The notes: generated by a model not told the origin, from the letters alone. A stretch of DNA of 24,000 bases from Dorea formicigenerans (GCF_025150245.1 NZ_CP102279.1:841423-865422), one strand, 5' to 3'; counted from the first letter of the stretch, positions 8,528-16,967 are shown. Translations and numbers: made by a program.

Positions 8528-8578
8528 ATAGTAAGGTAGTTATAAAAATATAGAAGATAATGCCCAATAATAAAATAA

Positions 8579-8627
8579 GAAAACATCTCATATACATATG
8601 AAAAGTATACGAGGTGTTTTCTTTTTT
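8579..8627 (+). terminator. Hairpin with U-tract between clpX and the subtilase gene
   Basis: GAAAACATCTC (8579-8589) pairs with GAGGTGTTTTC (8611-8621), 11 bp including one G-U, and is followed by TTTTTT. Confidence 0.75.
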
Positions 8628-10439
8628 ATGAATGATAGTTATGGAGAAATAAATACGTTGCTAAAGACACGAAAAAATACAAAAAACAATGTTTTAAAGG
8701 AGAGAGTGATAGCAACACAGCAGAAGGAGGAAGAGAAAGGAGATACTTCATGCCGTGAAAAAATCCTCTCTCAGGATTTTCGGGATTTTATTATCCCGAA
8801 TTACCGGTTAGATCAGGAACTGGTCTATCCCAAGAGCCAGATTTGTGTGCAGAGCCTTGGCTTTGGCTATCGTGTAGCATATGTGGATCAAAGTCTAGGG
8901 GAAGAACTAAGCATTGCGGCTTATGGTTATAACAGCATTCCAAATTGCTATGCACTGTTGGATATGGAAGCTATGAATGAGACAGGAATCAGTGTGCTTC
9001 AGAATTACCCGGGTCTTAATCTTCGAGGAAAAGGAATTATGATTGGATTTTTGGATACAGGAATAGACTATGAAAATGAAATCTTTCGAAACATAGATGG
9101 AAGCAGTCGAATCACGGCGATATGGGATCAGACTGACCAGAACGGTCAGCCACCGGATACATTTACATATGGAAGTGAGTATACGAATAATCAGATTAAT
9201 CAGGCACTGAAAAGTGACAATCCAAAGGAAATTGTGCCAGTAAGCGATGAAAATGGACATGGTACATTTTTAGCAAGTGTGGCAGCAGGTGGAGAAAATA
9301 TCCAGGAAGGTTTTACCGGGGCGGCATCAGAGGCTGAAATTGCAGTAGTGAAGTTAAAAGAAGCGAAAGATTATCTGCGAAAATTTTATGGAATACGACA
9401 GAAGGCAGTGTGTTATCAGGAGACAGATATTGTGCAGGGACTTCGGTATCTGCATCTTCTGGCACTGAAAAAACAGAAGCCCCTTGTTATGTGTGTGGCT
9501 CTTGGAACGAATCTTGGCGGACATAATGGAATGTCCAGTTTGTCGCGGATTCTCGGAAGCTATTCCAGACTGGTAGATCGGTGCGTGGTTATCGGAGGAG
9601 GAAATGAGGCAAATGAACGACATCATTTTCAGGGAAAACTGAATCAGGTAGGAGAGGTTCAGGAAGTGGAAATGCGTGTCGAAAGTGGAAATACGGGATT
9701 TGTAGCAGAATTATGGGGGACCATTCCCAATATTGTGACAGCGTATCTTATATCTCCGTCTGGGGAGAGAAGTCCGGTGATTTCCATTCGGCAGGGAAGT
9801 CGCTATCAGCTTACATTTCCCTTTGAGCAGACGGTTGTGGATGTGGAATACCAGTTGTTTTTGCGGGATGGAAGATCCCAGCTTTTGTTTTTGAAATTCG
9901 ATCGTCCGGCACAGGGTATCTGGAAGATAGGAGTACAGTCGCTGGGGCGTGCAGATGGAGAGTTTCACATCTGGCTTCCGGTGCGGGAATTTCTTGATGG
10001 AAATGTATATTTTCTGGAGGCAAGTCCGGACGTGACATTGACAGAGCCTGCGAATACCGATGATCCAATCACGGTTGCTTATTACAGGGGAGCAGATAAG
10101 AGTGTTGATATTAATTCTGGCAGAGGTTATACTAGAGACAAGAGAATAAAACCTGATTTTGCAGTTCCAGGAGTCCAGGTTTTGGGAGCAGGGGTAAATG
10201 GAACATTTGTAAGGCGAAGCGGTTCCAGTGTGGCAACGGGAATCACAGCCGGAGCCTGTGCGATGATCATGGAATGGATTTTGAACCAGCCGATTCCGAC
10301 AAGAGTTACCACAAGTCAGGTGGCAAATATTATCATATTAGGAGCACAGCAGAACACATTTTCAGAATTCCCGAACCGACAGTGGGGCTATGGAACGATG
10401 GACCTGTATCAATCGCTGGACAGATTGAGAAGATTATAA
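8628..10439 (+). CDS. S8 family serine peptidase, Csp (CspA/B/C)-like subtilase
   Basis: Catalytic triad contexts: Asp in GKGIMIGFLDTGIDYENEIFRN, His in DENGHGTFLASVAAG, Ser in GSSVATGITAGACAMIMEW. The C-terminal LGAQQNTFSEFPNRQWGYGTMDLYQSLDRLR is typical of Csp-like proteins. The track start at 8598 falls inside the terminator hairpin, so ATG 8628 or a later start is more likely. Confidence 0.88.
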   Translation: MNDSYGEINTLLKTRKNTKNNVLKERVIATQQKEEEKGDTSCREKILSQDFRDFIIPNYRLDQELVYPKSQICVQSLGFGYRVAYVDQSLGEELSIAAYGYNSIPNCYALLDMEAMNETGISVLQNYPGLNLRGKGIMIGFLDTGIDYENEIFRNIDGSSRITAIWDQTDQNGQPPDTFTYGSEYTNNQINQALKSDNPKEIVPVSDENGHGTFLASVAAGGENIQEGFTGAASEAEIAVVKLKEAKDYLRKFYGIRQKAVCYQETDIVQGLRYLHLLALKKQKPLVMCVALGTNLGGHNGMSSLSRILGSYSRLVDRCVVIGGGNEANERHHFQGKLNQVGEVQEVEMRVESGNTGFVAELWGTIPNIVTAYLISPSGERSPVISIRQGSRYQLTFPFEQTVVDVEYQLFLRDGRSQLLFLKFDRPAQGIWKIGVQSLGRADGEFHIWLPVREFLDGNVYFLEASPDVTLTEPANTDDPITVAYYRGADKSVDINSGRGYTRDKRIKPDFAVPGVQVLGAGVNGTFVRRSGSSVATGITAGACAMIMEWILNQPIPTRVTTSQVANIIILGAQQNTFSEFPNRQWGYGTMDLYQSLDRLRRL

Positions 10440-10458
10440 CAGATAGGAGAGGTACAAT

Positions 10459-10746
10459 ATGGCAGACTTTTTTGAGCAGTTAGGAAAGAAAATTTCAGAC
10501 GTAGCAGAGGACTTTGGAAAGAAGACGGAAGATACCCTGGAAGTGCAGCGTATCAAAAGCCAGATTCGTTCTCTGGATCGTGCCAATGAAAGGGATTACA
10601 TCGAAATCGGAAAGAAGATTTATGAAAAATTCAAAGCAGGAGAAGTGGCGGACTTAGAGTACATTGCCCTGTGCGAATCAATCGAAAAGAGAGAGGAAGA
10701 AGCAGTACAGTGCCAGGAGGAGATACGCAAGATTCAGGAGGTATAG
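10459..10746 (+). CDS. Small conserved-looking coiled-coil protein of unknown function
   Basis: 95 aa ORF with RBS gataggagaggtacaat; MADFFEQLGKKISDVAEDFGKKTEDTLEVQRIKSQIRSLDRANERDYIEIGKKIYEKF. Charged, helical, no signal peptide. Confidence 0.7.
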   Translation: MADFFEQLGKKISDVAEDFGKKTEDTLEVQRIKSQIRSLDRANERDYIEIGKKIYEKFKAGEVADLEYIALCESIEKREEEAVQCQEEIRKIQEV

Positions 10747-10749
10747 CAG

Positions 10750-11214
10750 ATGTTATTGATGGCAGCAGGAGGACTTCTCGTTGTGCTGGTGTGCGTGGAC
10801 ATGGGCATTAAGCAGTACATTGAGGAGAATTTTGAAGAAGAGGAAGAACGGGAGACAATTCTGGACAAAGTTGTGCTCCGGAAGGTTTATAATAAAGGCT
10901 TCTGTTTTAATACACTGGATAAGAAGCCGGAGCTGGTGAGAAAGACATCTGGTATCTTGTGTGCCGGGCTTGCAATTTATGATGCATGGCTCTTTCTCAA
11001 AAAAGGGAAATGGCTCAGAAAATTCGGCATGGTATTTTTGACAGCCGGTGCAATCAGTAATACCTATGACAGACTGATTCGTGGAAAAGTCATTGATTAT
11101 ATCGGAATCCAGTGGAAAAACAGCAGATTTCGAAGACTCACCGCGAACCTGGCAGATGTGTATGTAGTAATTGGGGCAGCAGTGACAGGCGTAGCGAAGA
11201 TATTCCGAAGATAG
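10750..11214 (+). CDS. Divergent signal peptidase II (LspA)-like membrane protein
   Basis: Matches LspA landmarks in order: VDMGIKQYI (DxxxK), YNKGFCFN (NxGxxF), GAISNTYDRLIRGKVIDYIGI (GGxxxNxxDRxxxGxVxDFI), ANLADVYVVIG (NxADxxxxxG). Confidence 0.75.
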   Translation: MLLMAAGGLLVVLVCVDMGIKQYIEENFEEEEERETILDKVVLRKVYNKGFCFNTLDKKPELVRKTSGILCAGLAIYDAWLFLKKGKWLRKFGMVFLTAGAISNTYDRLIRGKVIDYIGIQWKNSRFRRLTANLADVYVVIGAAVTGVAKIFRR

Positions 11215-11232
11215 AAAAAGCATTCTTAAATA

Positions 11233-11277
11233 AAAATAGTGTGTAGGTCATTGCAAAGATAATCTACACACTATTTT
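11233..11277. terminator. Bidirectional terminator between converging lspA-like (+) and argG (-)
   Basis: AAAATAGTGTGTAG (11233-11246) perfectly pairs with CTACACACTATTTT (11264-11277). A/T tracts flank it on both sides. Confidence 0.85.
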
Positions 11278-11307
11278 TTATGATTATTTTAATTATGGTT
11301 TCAAGAA

Positions 11308-12534
11308 TTATTTCTTATTGCTCTTTACTTCCTGAAGCTTCATAGCGCGAACCTTAAGCGGCAGTCCGAACAGATTGATAAATCCGTCAGCGTCGTGGTG
11401 GTCATAAAGGTCACCAGTTGTGAAGCTTGCAAGAGACTCATTGTAAAGTGAGTACGGTGAAGTTGTTCCGGCTTTGATGATGTTACCTTTGTAAAGTTTG
11501 AATTTCACTTCTCCTGTTACGTACTCCTGAGTTGACTCAACAAATGCCTGGATTGCCTCGCGAAGTGGTGTAAACCATTTTCCTTCATAAACAACCTGAG
11601 AAAGTTTATTTCCCATATCTTTCTTAACTTCTGTCGTAGCACGGTCAAGAACTAACTCCTCTAACTGCTGATGTGCCTCGTAAAGGATTGTTCCGCCAGG
11701 TGTCTCATATACACCACGGGATTTCATACCTACAACACGGTTCTCTACGATGTCGCAGATACCGATTCCGTGTTTGGCACCGAGCTCATTAAGTTTCATG
11801 ATGATCTCAGATACTTTCATCTGCTGTCCGTTTATACTTGTTGGTACACCTTTTTCAAATGTCATGGTTACATATTCACCCGCATCCGGAGCTTTTTCTG
11901 GTGTAACACCAAGTACGAGCAGATGCTCATAGTTTGGCTCGCAGGAAGGATCCTCAAGCTCAAGCCCTTCATGGCTGATGTGCCATAAGTTACGGTCACG
12001 GCTGTAGCTGTGGCTGGCATCAAATGGAAGGTCGATACCATGTGCTTTACAGTAAGCAATCTCGTCTTCACGGGATTCCATCTTCCAGAGATCTGTCATT
12101 CTCCAAGGAGCAATGATCTTGATGTCTGGAGCAAGTGCTGTGATACCAAGCTCGAAACGAATCTGGTCATTTCCTTTACCAGTAGCACCGTGGCAGATTG
12201 CTACAGCACCTTCTTTTCTTGCAATTTCAACTAATTTCTTAGCAATTGCCGGACGAGCCATAGCTGTTCCGAGTAAATATTTATTCTCATATACTGCATG
12301 AGCCTTTACACAAGGCATGATGTAGTTGTCGCAGAAATCATCAATGATATCCTCGATGTATAATTTGGAAGCACCAGCCATCTTTGCTCTTTCTTCCAGA
12401 CCATCTAACTCCTCGCCCTGTCCACAGTTAATGCAGCAGCAGATTACATCATAGCCAAATGTCTCTTTTAACCACGGAATAACAGCAGTTGTGTCCAGTC
12501 CGCCTGAATATGCTAATACGACTTTTTCTTTCAT
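11308..12534 (-). CDS. argG: Argininosuccinate synthase
   Basis: 408 aa: MKEKVVLAYSGGLDTTAVIPWLKETFGYDVICCCINCGQGEE, GATGKGNDQIRFE, IIAPWR, YSRDRNLWHISHEG. RBS aggagg upstream on the minus strand. Confidence 0.96.
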   Translation of the reverse strand: MKEKVVLAYSGGLDTTAVIPWLKETFGYDVICCCINCGQGEELDGLEERAKMAGASKLYIEDIIDDFCDNYIMPCVKAHAVYENKYLLGTAMARPAIAKKLVEIARKEGAVAICHGATGKGNDQIRFELGITALAPDIKIIAPWRMTDLWKMESREDEIAYCKAHGIDLPFDASHSYSRDRNLWHISHEGLELEDPSCEPNYEHLLVLGVTPEKAPDAGEYVTMTFEKGVPTSINGQQMKVSEIIMKLNELGAKHGIGICDIVENRVVGMKSRGVYETPGGTILYEAHQQLEELVLDRATTEVKKDMGNKLSQVVYEGKWFTPLREAIQAFVESTQEYVTGEVKFKLYKGNIIKAGTTSPYSLYNESLASFTTGDLYDHHDADGFINLFGLPLKVRAMKLQEVKSNKK

Positions 12535-12929
12535 TTTCGAAATCCTCCTAATGTATCATTTACTTTCTATTCTAATAAGAAAATATCTTATTTGCAATCG
12601 CAAATCATACTATACACCTAAATTCATAAATATGCAAGAAAAAAATGGAAAAATCTTTTTAATATGCAAAATATGCATTGGAAATGTATAAAAACGGAGA
12701 GTTGTATAAATGAAGAAACAGGAAGAAAATAGTAAATACAAGAAAAATAAAGAAAATACAGAAAAAATATAAGCACTAATCCTATTAATATGATATGCAA
12801 TATGTATAAACATTAACAATAAATATAAGGGATTTAATGCATTTATCAATTGGACGTGTCGAAAAAAAGAAACTAAAATAGAAGTTGTAATCTAAAGACG
12901 AGAGTTATGTTATTGGAGGAGGAAAAAAA

Positions 12930-14030
12930 ATGAATTTAACAGGCTCAAAGAAAACACTTGCGTTGGCAGGTGTGATATGCGGACTTGTAGCAGCATGTCT
13001 TGCATATTTTGGTAACCCGGCAAATATGGCATTCTGTATCGCATGTTTTATCCGTGATACAGCTGGTGCAATGGGGATGCATCAGGCTGAAGCAGTAATG
13101 TATGCAAGACCAGAGATTATCGGTCTGGTTCTTGGTGCATTTATTATTTCAATTGCGACAAAAGAATTCCGCTCTACAGGTGGATCTTCACCGATGATTC
13201 GTTTTGTACTTGGTGTGATCATTATGATCGGAGCACTCGTATTCCTGGGATGCCCGCTTCGTATGGTACTTCGTATGTCAGCCGGTGATTTAAATGCATG
13301 GGTAGCACTTATCGGATTTATTCTTGGAGTAGCAACTGGTGTATTTGCTCTGAAACAGGGATTCAGCCTTGGAAGAGCACAGGCAACAACAAAAGCAAGT
13401 GGAGCAGTACTTCCGGTCATCGTTGTTGGAATTTTGATTCTTGCAACATGCACATCACTTTTGAAAGTAAGTGCGGCTGGTCCGGGAAGTTTACACGCAC
13501 CAATCATTATGTCTCTTGTAGGAGGCCTGATCTTCGGAGCTATGGCTCAGAAATCAAGAATGTGCTTTGCAGGTGGAATCCGTGATGTCATTATTATGAA
13601 GAACTTTGATTTATTATCTGTTATTGGCGGACTTTTCGTTGTAATGCTGATCTTCAATATTGCAACAGGAAAATTTGTAGTAGGATTTAACACACCAGGA
13701 GTTATTGCACATTCTGAACACTTGTGGAATATCCTTGGTATGTATACAGTTGGATTTGCAGCAGTTCTTGCAGGTGGATGCCCGCTTCGTCAGTTAATCC
13801 TTGCAGGACAGGGATCTTCTGATTCAGGAGTCACTGTAATCGGAATGTTCGTAGGAGCAGCAATCTGCCACAACTTCGGACTTGCAGCAAGTGGAACAGC
13901 ACTTAACCCGGAGACAAAAGCTGTTGTAGCCGGAGCAGTTCCAACTAACGGAAAAGTTGCATGTATTCTTTGCATCGTAGTTCTGTTCATCATAGCATTT
14001 ACATGCAAGAGAGAGACAGCTAAGAAATAA
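12930..14030 (+). CDS. yedE: YedE/YeeE (TsuA)-family membrane protein, putative selenium or sulfur compound transporter
   Basis: Internally duplicated membrane protein with paired conserved motifs: FLGCPLRMVLR / LAGGCPLRQLILAGQG and ANMAFCIACFIRD / QKSRMCFAGGIRD. RBS ggaggagg; followed by a TusA/YedF-like gene. Confidence 0.85.
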   Translation: MNLTGSKKTLALAGVICGLVAACLAYFGNPANMAFCIACFIRDTAGAMGMHQAEAVMYARPEIIGLVLGAFIISIATKEFRSTGGSSPMIRFVLGVIIMIGALVFLGCPLRMVLRMSAGDLNAWVALIGFILGVATGVFALKQGFSLGRAQATTKASGAVLPVIVVGILILATCTSLLKVSAAGPGSLHAPIIMSLVGGLIFGAMAQKSRMCFAGGIRDVIIMKNFDLLSVIGGLFVVMLIFNIATGKFVVGFNTPGVIAHSEHLWNILGMYTVGFAAVLAGGCPLRQLILAGQGSSDSGVTVIGMFVGAAICHNFGLAASGTALNPETKAVVAGAVPTNGKVACILCIVVLFIIAFTCKRETAKK

Positions 14031-14103
14031 GAACAGAAAGAAATTCAGATGAAATAATTATAACAGAATAGCTGAAAATAATGTCTGAAAGGAGTATATA
14101 GAT

Positions 14104-14307
14104 ATGGTAGAAGTAGATGCAAGAGGACTTTCCTGCCCAGAGCCGATCATGTTGACAGCAGAGGCTCTGAAGAATGAAAAAGGTCCAATTAAAGTATTGG
14201 TAAGTGAGCCGGTACAGAAAGAAAATGTTGAAAAATATGCAAAGAGTCAGGGAAAGAAACCAACATCAAAGGAAGTTGGGGACGAGTTTGAAATCGTCAT
14301 TGAATAA
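14104..14307 (+). CDS. TusA/SirA/YedF-family sulfur (selenium) carrier protein
   Basis: 67 aa MVEVDARGLSCPEPIMLTAEALK with the CPxP motif; RBS aaaggag. Confidence 0.85.
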   Translation: MVEVDARGLSCPEPIMLTAEALKNEKGPIKVLVSEPVQKENVEKYAKSQGKKPTSKEVGDEFEIVIE

Positions 14308-14348
14308 GATTTCCTGATTTAGGCATCAGACGCATATGGAAGTTCAGG

Positions 14349-14375
14349 AGCAGTCGTGAAAACGGCTGCTTCTTT
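14349..14375 (+). terminator. Terminator after the YedE/TusA-like pair
   Basis: AGCAGTCGT-GAAA-ACGGCTGCT (14349-14370), 9 bp stem with one G-U and a GAAA loop, followed by tcttt. Confidence 0.6.
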
Positions 14376-14423
14376 GCATATATCTTTGCACATATCTCGC
14401 ACATATCTATCTACAGAAAATGC

Positions 14424-14453
14424 TTGACATATATCAATTGTCGATATACTATA
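14424..14453 (+). promoter_or_regulatory. Candidate sigma-A promoter for the PadR operon, embedded in CGATA-rich repeats
   Basis: TTGACA (14424-14429) followed by TATATA (14448-14453), 18 nt spacer. Confidence 0.5.
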
Positions 14454-14617
14454 TAGATAACCGATATATCGATTGCCGATATAAAACATTGTTTTAATGA
14501 TGAAAGTCAATTTATATCAGTTATATCGGATAAGATGTGTCGGCAGGGTAGATATGAATGCAAAAATCAGAACTGATTAAAAAGATTCTGAATTGAAAAA
14601 GAAAGGGGAGGTATAAA

Positions 14618-14953
14618 ATGGCAGTAGATAAAAGCCTGGTGTCCGGAAGCACGATGATGTTGATTCTTAAGCTTCTGGAAGAGAAAGACATGTATGGTTA
14701 TGAGATGATCGAGACTTTGAGGGAGAAGTCAGAGAATGTATTTGAGTTAAAAGCAGGAACATTATATCCGCTCCTTCATGGACTGGAGGAAAAGGAGTTT
14801 GTAAAGTCTTACGAGCAGGAAGCGGGTGGAAAGACAAGAAAGTATTATTCCATAACAAGAGAAGGAAAGAAGCAACTCCGGGCAAAAGAAAAAGAATGGA
14901 AAGAATACGCCGGAGCAGTGAGAAATGTTCTGGGAGGTGTATGCTTTGGATAG
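14618..14953 (+). CDS. PadR family transcriptional regulator
   Basis: Winged helix signature: ILKLLEEKDMYGYEMIETLREKSENVFELKAGTLYPLLHGLEEKEFVKSYEQEAGGKTRKYYSITREGKKQL. Confidence 0.93.
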   Translation: MAVDKSLVSGSTMMLILKLLEEKDMYGYEMIETLREKSENVFELKAGTLYPLLHGLEEKEFVKSYEQEAGGKTRKYYSITREGKKQLRAKEKEWKEYAGAVRNVLGGVCFG

Positions 14954-16343
14954 ACAGGAATATTTGAAATCTTTGACGGAACAGATTCGTACAAAGCGTG
15001 CGCGAACCATGGTCGCGGAGGAAGTAGAAGCACATATTGAAGACCAGAAACAGGATTTCATGGCTCATGGATTAGGTGAAGAAGAAGCCGAGTCGATGGC
15101 TGTAGTGGAGATGGGAGATCCAGTGGAGGCAGGCGTGAAGCTTGACCGGGTGCACCGCCCGAAGATGGAATGGACAGTTCTGATGGCGATTTTAATTATT
15201 AGTATTATGGGACTGATCCTACAGGCGGTAGTTACTTCGTCTTTTCCAACAATGAATATGAGTACACTGGAAGCTTTCAAAGATAACTTTTTGTATGGCG
15301 GAATTTGGAGTGCAATGTTAATAGGAATTGCGGTCATGTTAGGAATCTGTTATCTGGATTATTCTATATTAGTAAAGTGGTCATTTCCAATTTGGGCAGT
15401 CATGCAGATACCGGCAGTCTTTTCTATAGTTAGTAAGCTCTTTTTTGATGAAACAATGTGGATTGGACCGATGGTCAATGGCAGAAGTATAGTTCAGATG
15501 TTATTGTCCTATCTGGTCATTCCCTTTTACGCAGGGACAATTTATCATTTCCGCAGAAAAGGAACGAAAGGACTGATCATTAGTACCGTGTGTCTTGGAA
15601 TATCAGTACTTACCGATTTGATGATACCATTTATGTCATCTGCAGTTGTTACAGGAATTACAGGGCTGGTCTTACTGCATGTGGCGGTCTGTAAGGGCTG
15701 GTTTGGAGAAAATAAAAAGAAATTTTTGACCAGGATGTGGGGTGTGATTGGAATCTGCCTGCTACTGATGTCCGGAATAACATTTTGGTGTAATGGACGT
15801 TTCGTTACAGATTATCAGGTACATCGACTGGAAGCTTTAATTACCGGAGAACACTGGGATTATACAAGAGGTGCGGTTGCAGACGTAGCAAATGCTGCAA
15901 AAGATCCAAACTCAAGTAAATGGCATGAGTCGCAGTCTTCCGGGAAACTAGAAGTAACGGATCCATATAATGGTGCCACAGAAGTAGAAGCTGTCACGCT
16001 TTATAATTATGCAAGAAATGATTATATTTGGACATACCTGTTCCATTATTTGGGAAATGTAAAAGGAGTTTTTCTGGTTGTAGTATTTGCGGTATTTATG
16101 GCTCTATTGCTTCGAATGGCGGTAAAACAGAAGAATCGCCTGGGATATATGCTCAGCATCGGCTGTGTAATATTTTTGATTTTACAGTCATTGTTCTATA
16201 TTGGAGTAAATGCAGGACTTTATCCGATTAGCGGAAATTATATGCCATTTTTATCTCATGGAAATATGACCATGATGATTACTTACTTTTATATGGGAAT
16301 ATTGTTGTCCGTGTACCGGAATACCAACGTCGTGAAAAATTAG
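14925..16343 (+). CDS. Permease-prefix (HAAS-like) domain fused to a divergent SEDS (FtsW/RodA/SpoVE)-like membrane protein
   Basis: N-terminus DRQEYLKSLTEQIRTKRARTMVAEEVEAHIEDQKQDFMAHGLGEEEAESMAVVEMGDPVEAG is a permease-prefix type region. It is followed by about ten hydrophobic segments ending in FYIGVNAGLYPISGNYMPFLSHGNMTMMITYFYMGILLSVYR, which resembles the SEDS C-terminal signature. The start may be ATG 14925 or TTG 14946; it overlaps padR. Confidence 0.7.
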   Translation: MFWEVYALDRQEYLKSLTEQIRTKRARTMVAEEVEAHIEDQKQDFMAHGLGEEEAESMAVVEMGDPVEAGVKLDRVHRPKMEWTVLMAILIISIMGLILQAVVTSSFPTMNMSTLEAFKDNFLYGGIWSAMLIGIAVMLGICYLDYSILVKWSFPIWAVMQIPAVFSIVSKLFFDETMWIGPMVNGRSIVQMLLSYLVIPFYAGTIYHFRRKGTKGLIISTVCLGISVLTDLMIPFMSSAVVTGITGLVLLHVAVCKGWFGENKKKFLTRMWGVIGICLLLMSGITFWCNGRFVTDYQVHRLEALITGEHWDYTRGAVADVANAAKDPNSSKWHESQSSGKLEVTDPYNGATEVEAVTLYNYARNDYIWTYLFHYLGNVKGVFLVVVFAVFMALLLRMAVKQKNRLGYMLSIGCVIFLILQSLFYIGVNAGLYPISGNYMPFLSHGNMTMMITYFYMGILLSVYRNTNVVKN

Positions 16344-16372
16344 TTGACAATATAGAAAAAGGCATATATCAT
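16344..16372 (+). promoter_or_regulatory. Strong candidate promoter for the HD-domain gene
   Basis: TTGACA (16344-16349), 17 nt spacer, TATCAT (16367-16372). Confidence 0.6.
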
Positions 16373-16406
16373 ATAAAACATATAGGAAAAGAAAGTATAT
16401 GAAAGA

Positions 16407-16967
16407 TTGGAGATGCCTGATATGACGAGAGCGGAAGCCTGGGAACTATTAACAGAATATAATCAAGACGAATTTCACTTGCAGCATGCACAGACAGTAG
16501 AGAATACGATGCGCTATTTTGCAAAAGAACTAGGATATGGAGAAGAGGAAGAATTCTGGGGAATTGTAGGTCTTTTACATGATCTGGATTTTGAAAAATA
16601 TCCAGAAGAGCATTGTATCAAATCTCAGGAAATTATGAGAGAGAGAGGAGTCGACGAACGTGTTATTCATGCGACGGCAAGTCATGGATATGCAATTACG
16701 GTTGATATTCAACCAGAGCATGAGATGGAGAAGGTGTTGTATGCAGTAGATGAACTGACAGGGCTTATTGGAGCTGTAGTGCTTATGCGCCCATCGAAAA
16801 GCGTGCAGGATCTGACGCTAAAGTCGGTAAAAAAGAAATATAAAAGCAAGAATTTTGCGGCTGGATGCTCAAGAGAAGTCATAGAAAGAGGAGCAGATAT
16901 GCTTGGATGGACCCTGGATGATCTGATTCAAAGAACCATCGATGCATTGAAAACATTTCAGGAATAG
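16407..16967 (+). CDS. HD domain-containing phosphohydrolase
   Basis: FHLQHAQTVENTMRYFAKELG...WGIVGLLHDLDFEKYPEEH...HGYAI carries the HD motif and downstream His/Asp positions. The track start is TTG 16407; ATG 16413 or 16422 is more likely. Confidence 0.85.
   Translation: MEMPDMTRAEAWELLTEYNQDEFHLQHAQTVENTMRYFAKELGYGEEEEFWGIVGLLHDLDFEKYPEEHCIKSQEIMRERGVDERVIHATASHGYAITVDIQPEHEMEKVLYAVDELTGLIGAVVLMRPSKSVQDLTLKSVKKKYKSKNFAAGCSREVIERGADMLGWTLDDLIQRTIDALKTFQE

Noticed and set aside
10753-11223. 156-aa antisense ORF covering the LspA-like gene
   Set aside because: The + strand frame has ordered LspA landmarks. The antisense frame has none and would collide with the terminator layout.
11671-12301. 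ORFs on + strand inside argG
   Set aside because: argG on the - strand is unambiguous; these are overlapping random frames.
13082-13507. 141-aa antisense ORF in yedE-like gene
   Set aside because: Shadow of a membrane protein gene, Pro/Ala-rich with no features.
14319-14510. 63-aa ORF (-) between TusA-like and PadR genes
   Set aside because: Lies over the terminator and promoter region, no RBS or motif; better explained as regulatory DNA.
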